This document shows, in pieces, positions 9,920 through 21,091 of a DNA stretch of 64,000 nucleotides. Positions within the stretch are counted from its first letter, which is position 1; every line of letters begins with the position of its first letter. A model generated the notes under the pieces. The model was not told where the DNA came from. It saw only the letters and a program-made list of their open reading frames with translations, and made no database searches. The DNA is taken from NCBI GenBank assembly GCA_965140785.1, contig OZ223475.1, positions 128,001-192,000 on the forward strand. Direction: 5' to 3'. Origin of the DNA: an uncultured Ruficoccus sp. Lineage in GTDB: Bacteria > Verrucomicrobiota > Verrucomicrobiia > Opitutales > Cerasicoccaceae. The position numbers were made by a program, and so were the translations under genes.

Positions 9920-10570
9920 ATTCGTCCTGATCCCGGAGGCAAATTCCACCTGAATTGGCACTCCTTCATCGCCTCTCACATGGACGTATTAGCTGCGACT
10001 GATTTTTTCACGACCGAGGTTTGGACGCTCCGCGGACTCGTTCGCTACCACATCCATTTCGTCATTGATATGGCGACCCGCAAGGTGAAGGTGACGCATA
10101 TTTCCTGCCAGTGGTGTGGCAAGGTGATGGAGCAGGTCGCCCGCCAGATGGTTGATGCCATCGACGGCCCGTTGCTGACCAAACGCTATCTCATCATGGA
10201 TCGTGACCCGCTTTATACCACAGCCGTTCGCAAAGTCCTTACCGATGCAGGAATCAATCTTGTGCGTTGTCCACCGCAGAAACCCGTCGTCAATATTTAC
10301 GCGGAGAGGTTTGTCAAAAGCATTAAAAATGAATGTACGGACAAGCTGATATTCTTTGGCGAGAAATCGCTTCGATACGCGATTTCTGAATACATCGAGC
10401 ACTATAATTCTGAGCGCAACCATCAGGGAATCAGCAATAAATTGATCGACCCTAAGCCCGGAACCACGACCGAAGAGCATGGCTCGGATGTCATTGATTT
10501 TCAGGAGCTAATCGTAAAAAGTGGACGCCTGGGTGGGCTCCTGAATTTCTACCAGCGCAAGGCTGCCTGA
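9920..10570 (+). pseudogene. 5'-truncated, diverged rve/IS481-like transposase
   Basis: IRPDPG...LNWHSFIASHMDVLAATDFF, IMDRD, YAERFVKSIKNEC and GRLGGLLNFY. Starts exactly at the IS3 right end. Confidence 0.85.
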
Positions 10571-10625
10571 GCCTTCATTCAGTTAAGGAATCTTTTAGGA
10601 GCGAGGACAGACGGTAGGGTCCCGT

Positions 10626-10678
10626 AGCAGACCGGTCCGTTTGAGAGACATCTCGATTTTTTCATTTCCCACAAACGG
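10626..10678. repeat. 53-bp dispersed hairpin-like repeat (copy 1)
   Basis: 40/53 ungapped identity (hand count) to 58906-58958; arms CCGTTTG...CAAACGG. Confidence 0.6.
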
Positions 10679-10804
10679 CTCTCTAATATACCCAGACCGC
10701 TTGCTGACGCTCAAAAACTCTATCGCCGCTTGAAAGGGCTTTTTCAGGGACGACTAACATATTGATTCGGCGCTTGAAATTAGCCGACTTATAGCCCGTT
10801 GGAA

Positions 10805-11509
10805 CTATGCATGCTTTCGGCGTACCCACAGGGCAATCAAGGCCGATACAGCCAAGAGTGCTGGCACGGTCGAAGGCTCAGGAATGCTGGAAAGGTCGGT
10901 TGCGACAACGAAATTATCGATCGTCAACCCTGTAGAGCCCGTCCCAAACCGGACCTGTGAATATGGCCCCAGGTTATTGTCTGCCACATTCGCATCTGGA
11001 GTCCCGATGTCGCTGAGATTGCTGGGATTGACCCAAAGGGAGACCAGGTCAGGGGTTAGAGGCGTAGTTGCAGCGTTGACGTTATATTCTACATGCCCCA
11101 GGAGACGGACCGTTTCACCGGCTACCCAGGACGTGTCTGAGTAGGTGTCAGTTACAAATGGACCGTCGATACCCCAAGTCGAATGAGCGGTGTCGCGACC
11201 GAACATGAGAACCTCTGTGTCGCCGTCATAAAACGACACACCGCCCCAACTGTTTGAATCGATGGAGATTTCGAAGCTCACCCAGAAATCGGTATTGTCA
11301 GTTGCTTGAATGACATTTTCGAATGCGCGGAAATTCTGGCCAGTAGCCGAATACACGCCATCGGCCACATGGCCGGAGCCCCAGTCAGTCGAGGGTGCCC
11401 AGCCAGTGCCACCGCCTACAGTACTGAAGTCATCAGAAATGGTAATGTCACCATTTACATTATAAGCCAGCAAGGATGCTACGATAGTAGTTATTGCGAA
11501 TGCGTTCAT
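10805..11509 (-). CDS. PEP-CTERM exosortase-target surface protein
   Basis: Signal peptide; C-terminal IPEPST + transmembrane helix + RRKHA. Confidence 0.92.
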   Translation of the reverse strand: MNAFAITTIVASLLAYNVNGDITISDDFSTVGGGTGWAPSTDWGSGHVADGVYSATGQNFRAFENVIQATDNTDFWVSFEISIDSNSWGGVSFYDGDTEVLMFGRDTAHSTWGIDGPFVTDTYSDTSWVAGETVRLLGHVEYNVNAATTPLTPDLVSLWVNPSNLSDIGTPDANVADNNLGPYSQVRFGTGSTGLTIDNFVVATDLSSIPEPSTVPALLAVSALIALWVRRKHA

Positions 11510-11726
11510 AGATATACAGTAGATTGAAATTTGCAGTTATTGCTAAAACAATAATATTTGTAGATTCGAGATTAAATTAAGCAACACATTGGTAGCAACA
11601 TTTAGGTTACAAGTGTAATGTATATAAATAATACGAATGATTTATGTTTATTAAATGCCCCTCGCGCGGCCATGGTGAGTTTGAGGTATAATTATTTACG
11701 AAAGAGGCACTGTGACACCAGCTTGG

Positions 11727-14675
11727 CTAGCGGATTGATATCTGCCATAGGTAGAAGACACTTGTATCTAAGCCCAATGGCTGCGTTCCGCCGTTAACAT
11801 TATCTATGGTGGACCAAGAGCTCATGTCGTCGCTTTCTTCCAGCTTCAGGTTGACTTGGAAGCCGTCTTGCAGGGTCATGACAGCCGGTTGAGCACGCAG
11901 CCCGCCTGCGGCATCTTTTCGGTAGTACTGTAGAGCGACTTGCTCGTTGAGGCTCCCGTAGAGGTTCTGCAACAGACTCTCCGCGAGGTCTAAATTGGTG
12001 GTGGTCGGGTCGAGCCCTTGGTTGATCTCCGCTAAGTCATTGACCAAGTCACCATCTGTATCCTTGATGGTTGGCTCAGTCCCGGCAAAGTACTCGCCGG
12101 CGTTATCGAGGCCATCATCGTCCGGGTCGCTGTCACCATCATACTCCAGAGAACCCAGCATCTCCTCCTCCCACGAATCGGGCAGGCCGTCCTTATCGAG
12201 GTCAGCTCCCTTCGGCACCCTGGCGATGGCAAAGTCGCCTTCGTAGTCCAAGCGCGCCCAGACGGTATTCGACTCCGTATCTATGCCCCATGTGCCGACC
12301 GGATCACTGTCCAGCGCAGCACGCATAACGGGCTCGGAGCTTCCATCTATATCTAGGATCGCCTCAACAGCATTCACCCAGCTACCTGGTGCATCGTCGT
12401 CGGGATCGAAATCAATGAAGGTTATGAGCGCCAGTTCATCTTCATGCGCGGAGAATGCCACGCCGTTGTATCCGAGAGCGAGCGTATAGGTGTCCGTGAG
12501 TTGATTTTCCGGTTCATATTCCATGCCATGCACGCTGACGATATCCGAGGCCAGATGGGCGGTGTCATCCTCATACCACTCCTCTTGTTTCCACCAACCC
12601 GTGCTAATGTTACGGTAGCCCTCAAACCGCTCCCCCGATTGCAGGTAAACACGATTGTCATGGTTCACCCCGTTGGTGATGGAAATCGTGGTGCCGATGT
12701 ATCCCTCCCCGGCAGGAGCACTGTCCACAATGCTCTGGTCATTGTAGCTGTCGTCCTGACCGATCGAAAACTGACGCCCGTTTAGCGAGTAGATGTAACG
12801 GTCTGCCATGTACCAATCTTTGAAACCATCGCCGTTATTTACGCACATGTAGGTTTCCAGTGTAACGAAGGGGCCATTGACGTACACCATCTCGAAGGCA
12901 ATCGGGCGTCTCGTGTACGAGGTGCTGTCTACAAGCGAATTCACATGTTGACTGGATACGGGCGAACGGGTCAATCCGTAGAACTTGTAGGAGGCCGAAC
13001 CGGTCGTCATATTAAAGAATTGCGGCTCACCATCGTTCATCACCATCGAGCGATCATAGATGTGATTATGACCGCTGAACCAACCATCGATGTTGTAGGC
13101 GATACCCGACTCGATAAAGTCACTTGGACTCCCGATATACTCGACCATGGCTGCATGCGTAGAAAGGGAGAAAAGGCCTGAATGCGAATAGGCAAAGATG
13201 TGCGCATCCGGAGACTGAAGTCGGATAGCATCAAACTGCGAATCCATCCAATGGCTGTAGTTCACGTTTGATCCGCCATTCCACATATCAAGGGCCACAA
13301 GCCAAACATCCTGGCTGGGATTGAAGACGAAGGAAAAATTGTCTTCGTTGGGGTTGATCGTCGATCCGCCAGGCACATTGGTCGGATCGACCACTGCCGC
13401 TTCCCCCGTAAACAAATAAGGGAACGCTTCTTCCCAAGCGGACACATTTCTGCTAGTTTTTCTGTAAGCATTCGTGTCGTGGTTACCACGCACGGGGTAA
13501 ACGAGAATCCCCGCCTGCTGTAGGGGCGCAGTCATGTAGGTATTGAATACCTCAAGCTGGCCGAGCTTACTGTCACCACTGACATTTCCGTCCGTTACGT
13601 CGCCAACATGAATGACAAAGTTTGGCTGATGCATGAGGAGTTGCTCGGTGATCGCAGCGGTCTCCGGTACGGGAACACCATTGGTATTGCCTTGCGTATC
13701 CGGGACGACACCGAATTTAAGCGCGCCGTTTTTACCGGGCTGCAAGGCGCGTGAGAGGGACGCACGGCTTGTCACTTCGATGGAAATAACGGCAGTATCC
13801 TGGCCCTCGTCGTTATCGGTGACACCGACAATGAACTCGTTAACCCCGACATGACTGAGCGTAGGCGTCCCGGAGAGATGACCGTCTGCATCAACGGACA
13901 GCCAGTTCGGGCCATCCACCAGGTAGTATTCAATCGGATCACCGTCGCCATCCGTGGCCAAGTCAGCTATAGATGCACTGTAGAGCGTTCCCACCTTGCC
14001 CGCACTCATCTCATAGCGATCATCACCAAAGGATGGCGCATTCACGACCATTGGCACATCGCCGGGTATCGTGACGGTGTCCAGAACAACCCAACCCCAT
14101 CCTCCGCTAAAACTGTCGATAAGGTCGAGCGTGTAGCGCTCGTCAGGGGCGTCGCCGGCAGTTGCGGTGGCAATCTCAGCCTCCGTCCAGCTAATTTGCT
14201 GCCAACTGGAACCCTGCTGGCTGGAACTGCGACGGCCGCTGAGCAGATAGGCCCCATCGCTTGCGCGTCGCAAAGCGAGCCCCAAAAAACCACTACTGGA
14301 AGATGAAGTCGGCAACGCATCAAAACTATCCCCCGGACTGGCTTGTCCACCCATGCCTCCCAATAGATAAAAAGATAAGTCGCCTGCTTCATAGAGCTGA
14401 AACTCGGGAGACCTGAATACGATCGTATTATGCGAGCTATCCCGCCCCCCAAAGGGAGTGGGGATCAGCATGTACGAGCCGCTTCCGGCTTGGCCGTAGG
14501 TGCGTCCCCCGTTGTTCGCATTACTCGAGGCGTAGCCAGTAACAGAGCCACCAGGAGTCGTAACCAGCGTCCAGTCCTCCATGCTCGCATTTTCAAAGGT
14601 GTACTGCAAAGCAGCCTGCAGGCTAGCAGCAAGGCTAAGCACAGCCGAAGAGATGATCAGTGTGGATAGTTTCAT
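11727..14675 (-). CDS. Secreted calcineurin-like metallophosphoesterase with Ig-like (He_PIG) domain and Ca-binding DxDxDG repeats
   Basis: Signal peptide; PDTQ, HVGDVTD, RGNHD and SGHNH motifs; GPNWLSVDADGHLSGTP; DLDKDGLPDSWE repeats. Confidence 0.87.
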   Translation of the reverse strand: MKLSTLIISSAVLSLAASLQAALQYTFENASMEDWTLVTTPGGSVTGYASSNANNGGRTYGQAGSGSYMLIPTPFGGRDSSHNTIVFRSPEFQLYEAGDLSFYLLGGMGGQASPGDSFDALPTSSSSSGFLGLALRRASDGAYLLSGRRSSSQQGSSWQQISWTEAEIATATAGDAPDERYTLDLIDSFSGGWGWVVLDTVTIPGDVPMVVNAPSFGDDRYEMSAGKVGTLYSASIADLATDGDGDPIEYYLVDGPNWLSVDADGHLSGTPTLSHVGVNEFIVGVTDNDEGQDTAVISIEVTSRASLSRALQPGKNGALKFGVVPDTQGNTNGVPVPETAAITEQLLMHQPNFVIHVGDVTDGNVSGDSKLGQLEVFNTYMTAPLQQAGILVYPVRGNHDTNAYRKTSRNVSAWEEAFPYLFTGEAAVVDPTNVPGGSTINPNEDNFSFVFNPSQDVWLVALDMWNGGSNVNYSHWMDSQFDAIRLQSPDAHIFAYSHSGLFSLSTHAAMVEYIGSPSDFIESGIAYNIDGWFSGHNHIYDRSMVMNDGEPQFFNMTTGSASYKFYGLTRSPVSSQHVNSLVDSTSYTRRPIAFEMVYVNGPFVTLETYMCVNNGDGFKDWYMADRYIYSLNGRQFSIGQDDSYNDQSIVDSAPAGEGYIGTTISITNGVNHDNRVYLQSGERFEGYRNISTGWWKQEEWYEDDTAHLASDIVSVHGMEYEPENQLTDTYTLALGYNGVAFSAHEDELALITFIDFDPDDDAPGSWVNAVEAILDIDGSSEPVMRAALDSDPVGTWGIDTESNTVWARLDYEGDFAIARVPKGADLDKDGLPDSWEEEMLGSLEYDGDSDPDDDGLDNAGEYFAGTEPTIKDTDGDLVNDLAEINQGLDPTTTNLDLAESLLQNLYGSLNEQVALQYYRKDAAGGLRAQPAVMTLQDGFQVNLKLEESDDMSSWSTIDNVNGGTQPLGLDTSVFYLWQISIR

Positions 14676-14693
14676 TGGGCGACGGAAAAGGTG

Positions 14694-17600
14694 CTAGTTG
14701 TGTTCGCGTGTTTGGACAGATTCGTCCCAAAAATAAAACCGTTTTGAGGCTTTGATGTTCAAGGGAACCTCAATGGGCTCATCGACCTCAGACCACGAAA
14801 TCAAGTCCGTGCTTTTCATTAATTGCAGTTGAATGACCCCTTCCAAACTGCCGTCGTTCATGATCATCGGCTTGCCCTGTGAAAGCTCCTCCTGGCTGTA
14901 GAGTCCGTACTGCGCGCGCATTTCCGGCCTCTGACGCAGCATGCTAAAGAGTTGTTGCCTGAACTCTGGGTTGGCCTCAGTCGGGCTCCATCCATAGCGA
15001 GCTTCGATGCCATCATCGACCAAATCGCCGTCGGTATCGCGCAGGGTAGGGTTCGTCCCCATACCCGCTTCGGCCATATTATCTGCGCCATCAGCATCAG
15101 GGTCGTCAGTTGCACCATAGATCAGCGAGTTAAAATACTTCATTTCCCAGCCGTCGTTGAGACCGTCCCCATCCTGGTCGCCGTTAAAAGGTGCTACCTG
15201 CACCCCACCGGAATAGAGAATATAGCACCACTGCGAGACGGCCACGACCTGAAACTCATAGGTCTGACCAAAGGGTAAGCTTGGTGTCGTGTACTGCCTG
15301 GCAGAGGCAGGCAAGCTATCATCCAAAACCGTCCACTCGTTTACACCGGCGATCCGATAGCGCACCAGATAGTTGTCAATTACCCCAGTTCCATTGGACC
15401 AAGTCAACTGAACGGTGCCGTTCTCCAGGTCCTCTGCCGAGATGTCTATCCCTTGCATATGCGGGTCTATTGAGTTGTAGTTGGGCTGCATAAGAGCAAA
15501 CGCTTCGGCACGTTCGGTCTCGTTTGTAACTGCTCGCAAGCGCAGATTGTAATAGTTCGCTCCTGCACCGAGGGAAGCGACACGGAAGTAGGCAGCCGGC
15601 TGGCTGAAGCCAGGTTTCTCAAAAGGCTCGTCAAGAACAGGGCTATTCAACTCAAGCGATCCGCTTACGCCATCCCAGGCCCAGGCACGGATGCGTCCGT
15701 CATCATAATCGACCTCTCCGATGATGTGATAAGTGCCGGCCCCCACGTCGAAAGCATTCGGGGCAGGCTTTCGAGCAGTACTGCTGCTTTGACTCTTATG
15801 GTCCAGGTAATCGAATACCGCCAACCCGCTGGAAGCCGTGTTGCGGCCGATATCGACACCTCCATTGCTGGTATCATCATCCGCCGCCGTGCGCAGGCTC
15901 AGCGCAGACCAGCCGGAGTTTGAGGTGCGGCATAGCGTTCCGCTAAACATCAGACTGCCCGAGGTGACTGGGACAAATTCAATGAAATGATCTCCACCGG
16001 AGGTGTCACTCACGATGTCGAGTTGATCTGGTACAACGGGCTCCACAATGTGATTGGGCACGACCAGCAGGTGCGAAGGCACGGATCGCTCACCACCCTC
16101 GCTGGGGCTATTAACCACTCCTTCCCCTTGGATATACATGGTCGTCGAACCCCCGCCATCAAACTTGACGGCGTTTTCACACCCAAGCGCCAGCATGATT
16201 TGAGCAATCTCGTGCGCACCCAAGCCCTGCGAAGAAGACCGTCGCCCGTCGCCCGTTACCAGAAAAACCCGCCCGTCGGCAGTCGTCCCTACGGCAGTAA
16301 AGGGATAGTCGCCAAGCTGCCACCAGAAAGGTATCTCACCGGAATTCCACTGCGCGTAAGAATTACGGTAGTAATAAACTTCCTCACCATCTTGCAGCAG
16401 CAGCGGACCCGAGGCGATGGCGTTATCCCACTCCGTGAATCCAGTCCATCCGTGAACGAATTCGGGCTCCTCCTGATGTGGCCGTGGCCGCTGAATCACG
16501 CTAAACGCGGTCGAGTCATTATTAAAGACAAAGGCACCGTCATCGGCGTAATCAACCGAGACCGTCTCAGCCGTTCCGTAGTACTTATTTGGCATAGCGT
16601 GGTACTCATAGGTTTTTGCCACATCGACACCATTGACCCGGTGGTACACCGCAACGCCGTTCTGTGTTGCCTCGTCACGCGGGGGAGATTTGTCGGAAAT
16701 AATACCGCCCGTATGCCAGTAGCTTCCGTTCACTGCCGCGACCGCGCTATTTGCTTGCGCAACCGAGCTGGTGCGCTGGTAGGACGCTCCATCTGGCAGG
16801 GCGGAAATCTCAAAGTGGACGTCGGCCACGTCCGGGTCTATCTCAAGAACGCTGAGGTTCTGCCTGCGGTAGAAAAGGCTGTCGTAGGTATGAAAACGCC
16901 AGGTGATACCCGGTTGAATTTCCTTTTCGGTATCCCAATCCGTATTCTGGATCATCTGCCTGTGGGCTGTATTCCACTCGGGGATATGCGCCTTAGAGTC
17001 CTTCCAATTGTCGGTCGATGTGCCCACCGCATTTAAATGAATTGCTTGCGTGCCGAGGTCTTCGACCCGGCCATCTGCTTCCCCGTCCAGAGAATACAAC
17101 GCAACGAGCCCCTCTTCCGTGCCGGCACGAAGCTCATTGCGATGCGCATCAAGCTCTTCCTTGCTCAAGGCGCGTCTCCAAATACGTACCTCATCGACCT
17201 GCCCGTTCAAAATGCCACCACCGTCGGCATTGCAGCCGATATATATCTCAGGTGATCCCACGTAACCGATAGTCGTATCAGAAATGATTTTGTCATAGTA
17301 AAGATCACCGTTTCGATAAATACGCAGGCGGTCCTCGCTCGCACTCCAGGTAACAGCAACATGTGTCCAGCGAGAACCGGACAAGCCGTTGGTACGGTTG
17401 GTCTTGCGGACCTCAATATCAGTTTCCTCATTACCGATGATGGCGTACGGCCCAGAGCCACTGTGATTATTCAGGGAGAAACCACCGGTCTCGCCGCTGG
17501 TTCCGACCTGCACAATGGTATAGGACCCGCCATTGGTTGAGACCCAGGCTTCGACCGTCAGCTCATCCGTTGGCAGCTCAACACCGTTCAAGGAAGCCTC

Positions 17601-17807
17601 AAGGTGCTCCGATCCAGAACCATCATTCGCGTAGCAGGCCCCTGCCTGGCTTACCCAGTCAAGCACTTGCCCGTTCGCACTCGTAGCGGGCAAACCGATG
17701 ATACTGACGAACGCCGCAACCGAAGCCAGGGCGTGCTTGGCGTAGCGACACAAAAACCATACTCTCCCTATAGAAGAGTATGAAATAGGACCTGTGCGAT
17801 ATGACAT
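14694..17807 (-). CDS. Secreted LamG + phosphodiester glycosidase (NAGPA-like) + FN3 + DxDxDG-repeat protein
   Basis: WTHVAVTW...GQVDEVRIW (LamG); AAVNGSYW, SGPLLL, TAVG...VTGDGR and AVKFDGGGSTTM (NAGPA). Start uncertain (ATG 17807 chosen). Confidence 0.87.
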   Translation of the reverse strand: MSYRTGPISYSSIGRVWFLCRYAKHALASVAAFVSIIGLPATSANGQVLDWVSQAGACYANDGSGSEHLEASLNGVELPTDELTVEAWVSTNGGSYTIVQVGTSGETGGFSLNNHSGSGPYAIIGNEETDIEVRKTNRTNGLSGSRWTHVAVTWSASEDRLRIYRNGDLYYDKIISDTTIGYVGSPEIYIGCNADGGGILNGQVDEVRIWRRALSKEELDAHRNELRAGTEEGLVALYSLDGEADGRVEDLGTQAIHLNAVGTSTDNWKDSKAHIPEWNTAHRQMIQNTDWDTEKEIQPGITWRFHTYDSLFYRRQNLSVLEIDPDVADVHFEISALPDGASYQRTSSVAQANSAVAAVNGSYWHTGGIISDKSPPRDEATQNGVAVYHRVNGVDVAKTYEYHAMPNKYYGTAETVSVDYADDGAFVFNNDSTAFSVIQRPRPHQEEPEFVHGWTGFTEWDNAIASGPLLLQDGEEVYYYRNSYAQWNSGEIPFWWQLGDYPFTAVGTTADGRVFLVTGDGRRSSSQGLGAHEIAQIMLALGCENAVKFDGGGSTTMYIQGEGVVNSPSEGGERSVPSHLLVVPNHIVEPVVPDQLDIVSDTSGGDHFIEFVPVTSGSLMFSGTLCRTSNSGWSALSLRTAADDDTSNGGVDIGRNTASSGLAVFDYLDHKSQSSSTARKPAPNAFDVGAGTYHIIGEVDYDDGRIRAWAWDGVSGSLELNSPVLDEPFEKPGFSQPAAYFRVASLGAGANYYNLRLRAVTNETERAEAFALMQPNYNSIDPHMQGIDISAEDLENGTVQLTWSNGTGVIDNYLVRYRIAGVNEWTVLDDSLPASARQYTTPSLPFGQTYEFQVVAVSQWCYILYSGGVQVAPFNGDQDGDGLNDGWEMKYFNSLIYGATDDPDADGADNMAEAGMGTNPTLRDTDGDLVDDGIEARYGWSPTEANPEFRQQLFSMLRQRPEMRAQYGLYSQEELSQGKPMIMNDGSLEGVIQLQLMKSTDLISWSEVDEPIEVPLNIKASKRFYFWDESVQTREHN

Positions 17808-17945
17808 TGAATAGAGATGGATTGAATCAAAAGAGTGAAAAATGGCTAAGTCCGCAACCAACTCCAAATGCAGACAGCCCGTCAATCGTGATCAGGTCTA
17901 TACGCGAACAATTCACATCACTGAAGCCCATTTGTAACACACATA

Positions 17946-18518
17946 AAATCTCGGTTATTCTAAGCTGAGTACTTCGAGCATCGGGGAGGTCTTGCGAAAG
18001 GCTTGTATTCGCCCGTCGCCGGAGCGCAGCAGCCGTTTGGACTGGAAGACGTTTATCCGTGTTCACGCCGATCAGCTTGCCGCAACTGACTTCTTCATGG
18101 TGCCGGTTTGGACCTTGCGCGGCCTGGCTATGTATCGGGTGCATTTCGTGATCGACCTGCTGACACGCAAGGTGGAGATCACGCACATCGGTTGCCAATA
18201 CTCGGGCGAATTGATGCTTCAAATTGCCCGGAACCTGACGGATGCGTTCGAAGGATTCCTGACCGGCAAGAAATACCTGCTGCATGATCGCGATACTCTC
18301 TTTACAAATGCGTTCCGTGAGTTGTTGCGAAGTAGTGGCACTATCCCTTTCTGGCTTCCTGTGTGCATGCCGATGATGAACGGCGGGCGCTACGCCAGCC
18401 CGCCCGGCTACGCCGAGTGCTTCGTCAAATCGATCAAGCGTGTACCGAGCCTGCGAAGCGGCGACAAAGCGAAGCGCCCATGCCTGGACAAGATGATTTT
18501 CTTCAGCGAGGATGCTCT
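17946..18518 (+). pseudogene. Internal fragment of the rve transposase with two short inserts
   Basis: High identity to 3757-4268; carries inserts at 18385-18408 and 18442-18480; deleted through to the TGGCA end. Confidence 0.88.
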
Positions 18519-18525
18519 TCTGGCA

Positions 18526-18671
18526 CGCGCATGTGACTGAGCGATGCGCGTCAATGCGACTGCGTGCAACGCTACTGGTTTAATTACGCCTTAACTCGAA
18601 AATGAATGAAGTTGCTGTATGCTGGTAATCAGTGATTTAGGTGCGGATGTCCGCGTCCCGCCACCTCCACC
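18526..18671 (+). repeat. att-like boundary unit 2
   Basis: GCCTTAACTCG, IHF-like AATCAGTGATTTA and core TCCCGCCACCTCCACC (18656-18671). Confidence 0.8.
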
Positions 18672-18769
18672 GGTCTGCGTTGTGCGAACATGACAATTTT
18701 AGCAGATTCACCGTCTTGCGGCCTAGGTTCGTTTTTGGGGAAATATCTGCCTCACGAGAAGGGTAGGTT

Positions 18770-19918
18770 TCAATGGCTGCCACTGCCTGCTCCTAGGTAG
18801 TTGCCGTAGCCGACGATCAGGGTGGAGAGTATCAGGGTGGCGATTCCTGCTGCGATTAGGATGTGTGTACGCAGGCTGCTTCCTGCCCATTCTTTGAGTG
18901 CGACACCCCACAGCGTGCTGAAAATGATGATGCTTGCCATATGAAGGGTCCAGGAAGAGAACTGGAAGTCTCCCATCTGTGTCTCCCCCATGGAATAAAA
19001 GAAGAACTGAAGATACCAGGTTGTTCCTGCCAGAGCGCAAAATAAGTAGTTTGACAGTCGGGGAATACGCAGCTCTTTGCCTGAGTGCTCCAGATGATCG
19101 GGGGATGGTTCCTCATTTGGTCCCTGCGTATCGGAGGTCGTGTTTTTCGTAGCGCGATAATAGCGGCTGAAATATTCGTGACCACTCCGGTTCCTGATAT
19201 TTAAGGTCAGGCACCAGATGGCGTTGGAGGTAAACCCTCCCAGCAGGACCACGACCAGTTTGGGGAGCCCTGTCCACAGCACTCTTGTTCCGGCATCGGC
19301 GGAGAGCTTGGCTATGGGCTCGGCTGCGGCCAATCCATAGGCGAACGAAGCGCTCATGATGCCGGAGAAAATGGCGACAAGGATGCCCTTTTTAAAGTTA
19401 AACTCCTTGATTGTCTCTCTTTTCTTCTCAGCCGACATCTCGCGTTCCTTGCTGAGTCCGGCTAGTGCCGCGATCAAGATGCCGACCAGGCACACGAGCA
19501 CTCCCAGCAATGTTAGCTGGCCTCCTCTCGAGGCGGCGATCGCCGTGATCTCACCACTGAAAATAGGCGGGATCAAGGTGCCGAATGCCGCACAAAGTCC
19601 GAGAGCGACGCCCATCCCCAGGGACAGCCCGAGGTAGCGCATCGTGAGCCCGAACGTCAGGCCACCCATGCCCCACATAACTCCGAATATCCAGGCGTAT
19701 GCCAGGCTGGAGGTTGGGGCATGGCCGAGGACTTGGAACAGATCCTCTGTCATCATCAGGGCAAGTGCCCAGGGTACCATGATCCAGCTGAAAACACCGC
19801 CCACCAGCCAGTACGTTTCCCATGACCATTTACGCACCTGACGGTAGGGCACGTAGAAACTGGCGGCCGCGAATCCGCCGATCCAGTGGAAAATAACTCC
19901 GAGAAAAGGTCCTCCCAT
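18770..19918 (-). CDS. rhaT: L-rhamnose/proton symporter RhaT
   Basis: GVIFHWIGGFAAASFYVPY, WSWETYW, GLTMRYLGLSLG and WYLQFFFYSMGE...SSWTLHMA. Confidence 0.93.
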   Translation of the reverse strand: MGGPFLGVIFHWIGGFAAASFYVPYRQVRKWSWETYWLVGGVFSWIMVPWALALMMTEDLFQVLGHAPTSSLAYAWIFGVMWGMGGLTFGLTMRYLGLSLGMGVALGLCAAFGTLIPPIFSGEITAIAASRGGQLTLLGVLVCLVGILIAALAGLSKEREMSAEKKRETIKEFNFKKGILVAIFSGIMSASFAYGLAAAEPIAKLSADAGTRVLWTGLPKLVVVLLGGFTSNAIWCLTLNIRNRSGHEYFSRYYRATKNTTSDTQGPNEEPSPDHLEHSGKELRIPRLSNYLFCALAGTTWYLQFFFYSMGETQMGDFQFSSWTLHMASIIIFSTLWGVALKEWAGSSLRTHILIAAGIATLILSTLIVGYGNYLGAGSGSH

Positions 19919-20091
19919 GATCGTTATGTTTGGATTTTGTAGTTTAATTTACTATAAAATATTAGTTTGCTGTCTGCGGTGCTATTCGCCAGCCGACGCG
20001 ACATGGCATGTTTAGTGCATGCCTCGGTGAGCTTTCCTGCCAGAGTGTTGAGGCGATGATAGCCCAAATCTGGCCATGACCTTTGAAGAGC

Positions 20092-20808
20092 CTAGTTTCG
20101 ATCTACGGTCAGCAGCGTTTGGCGGTTATCCTTGAATTCCTCGATAGAATAGGAGGCCGCGTGCCCGTCGGCGTGAACGGTCAGATATTGCCCCGTCCCC
20201 CAGTCGCAGGGGTTGGGACCTGTTTGATTGTCCGGGTTGTTGATATAAGCCTGAGTTCCGATGAACCAGGCCCCCATGCCGCTGCTTACACTATGTGCGG
20301 TTACATACATGACGGTGTCGGCGGGTTTATTAAGCTCGCATTGATGAACGCGGTCATAGGCTGGCGCCTGAAACAAGAGCGTGTTGCAGCCGTAGTCCGA
20401 GACGGTGCCATGGTGTTCCTCTGCTTGTGGATCAAAGAGGACGGACAATTCCTTGGTGGCGGAGGAGTCATCGGGGACGTACGCTGAAAGGCAGGCTTCC
20501 TGGAGGGGGTTGATCCAGCTCCCAGTTTCGCTGATCTCTCGGGAGTGCGGGAAGCATCCTTGGTTGTCGTTGACGTAGAGTAGGGTGGCTGTGCCCAGTT
20601 GGCGAAGATTGCTCAGGCTCCGGATTGCGTTGGATTGTTCCCTGGACTTACTTACCGCCGCGATGATTATCGCGCCCAGGATGGAGATCACAGCAATCAC
20701 ACAGAGTAGCTCAATGAGAGAAAAGCCGTTTATACGATGACGGTAGCGCCTGCCTCTGTAGCCCTTACGGAAAAGAGCAGACATGGCTTTGGTCTTTGTG
20801 GGGGGCAT
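20092..20808 (-). CDS. Prepilin-type N-terminal cleavage/methylation protein (H-X9-DG-like C-terminus)
   Basis: GFSLIELLCVIAVISIL, SLSNLRQLGTA and C-terminal VHADGHA. Confidence 0.88.
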   Translation of the reverse strand: MPPTKTKAMSALFRKGYRGRRYRHRINGFSLIELLCVIAVISILGAIIIAAVSKSREQSNAIRSLSNLRQLGTATLLYVNDNQGCFPHSREISETGSWINPLQEACLSAYVPDDSSATKELSVLFDPQAEEHHGTVSDYGCNTLLFQAPAYDRVHQCELNKPADTVMYVTAHSVSSGMGAWFIGTQAYINNPDNQTGPNPCDWGTGQYLTVHADGHAASYSIEEFKDNRQTLLTVDRN

Positions 20809-20896
20809 CGGGGTGGAGATTGTGTTTTTATTCTATGGCAAGGAAAGTTGCCGACAAGCTCGTGGGCTTATTTTTTTCTTGTAGAGATTGATGGTT

Positions 20897-20914
20897 TATT
20901 TAATCGTGTCAATA
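20897..20914 (-). promoter_or_regulatory. Candidate LacI operator TATTGACACGATTAAATA
   Basis: Exact 18-bp match (reverse complement) to 24902-24919; lies between the divergent pilin and GH106 genes. Confidence 0.7.
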
Positions 20915-21091
20915 GAAATACATGGCTTAGTGCGGAAGTCAGCGCCTGTGGCGTCGGAGTCGCATGGTCGTGCAGCCCTTAACTCGTTAATTTACATGGC
21001 TATTTATCGTCTCAGGAACACTTCCATTTTCTTTTCGGTCGGTCGAATGCTTGCTGGCATGGGATGTCGCCGGGCTCTGCATGCTAAGAAA

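Noticed and set aside
15987..17036. Long antisense ORFs (also 5454-6326, 29436-30179, 39482-40594, 48160-49287, 57075-57866)
   Set aside because: These are shadows of well-supported genes on the opposite strand in GC-rich DNA.
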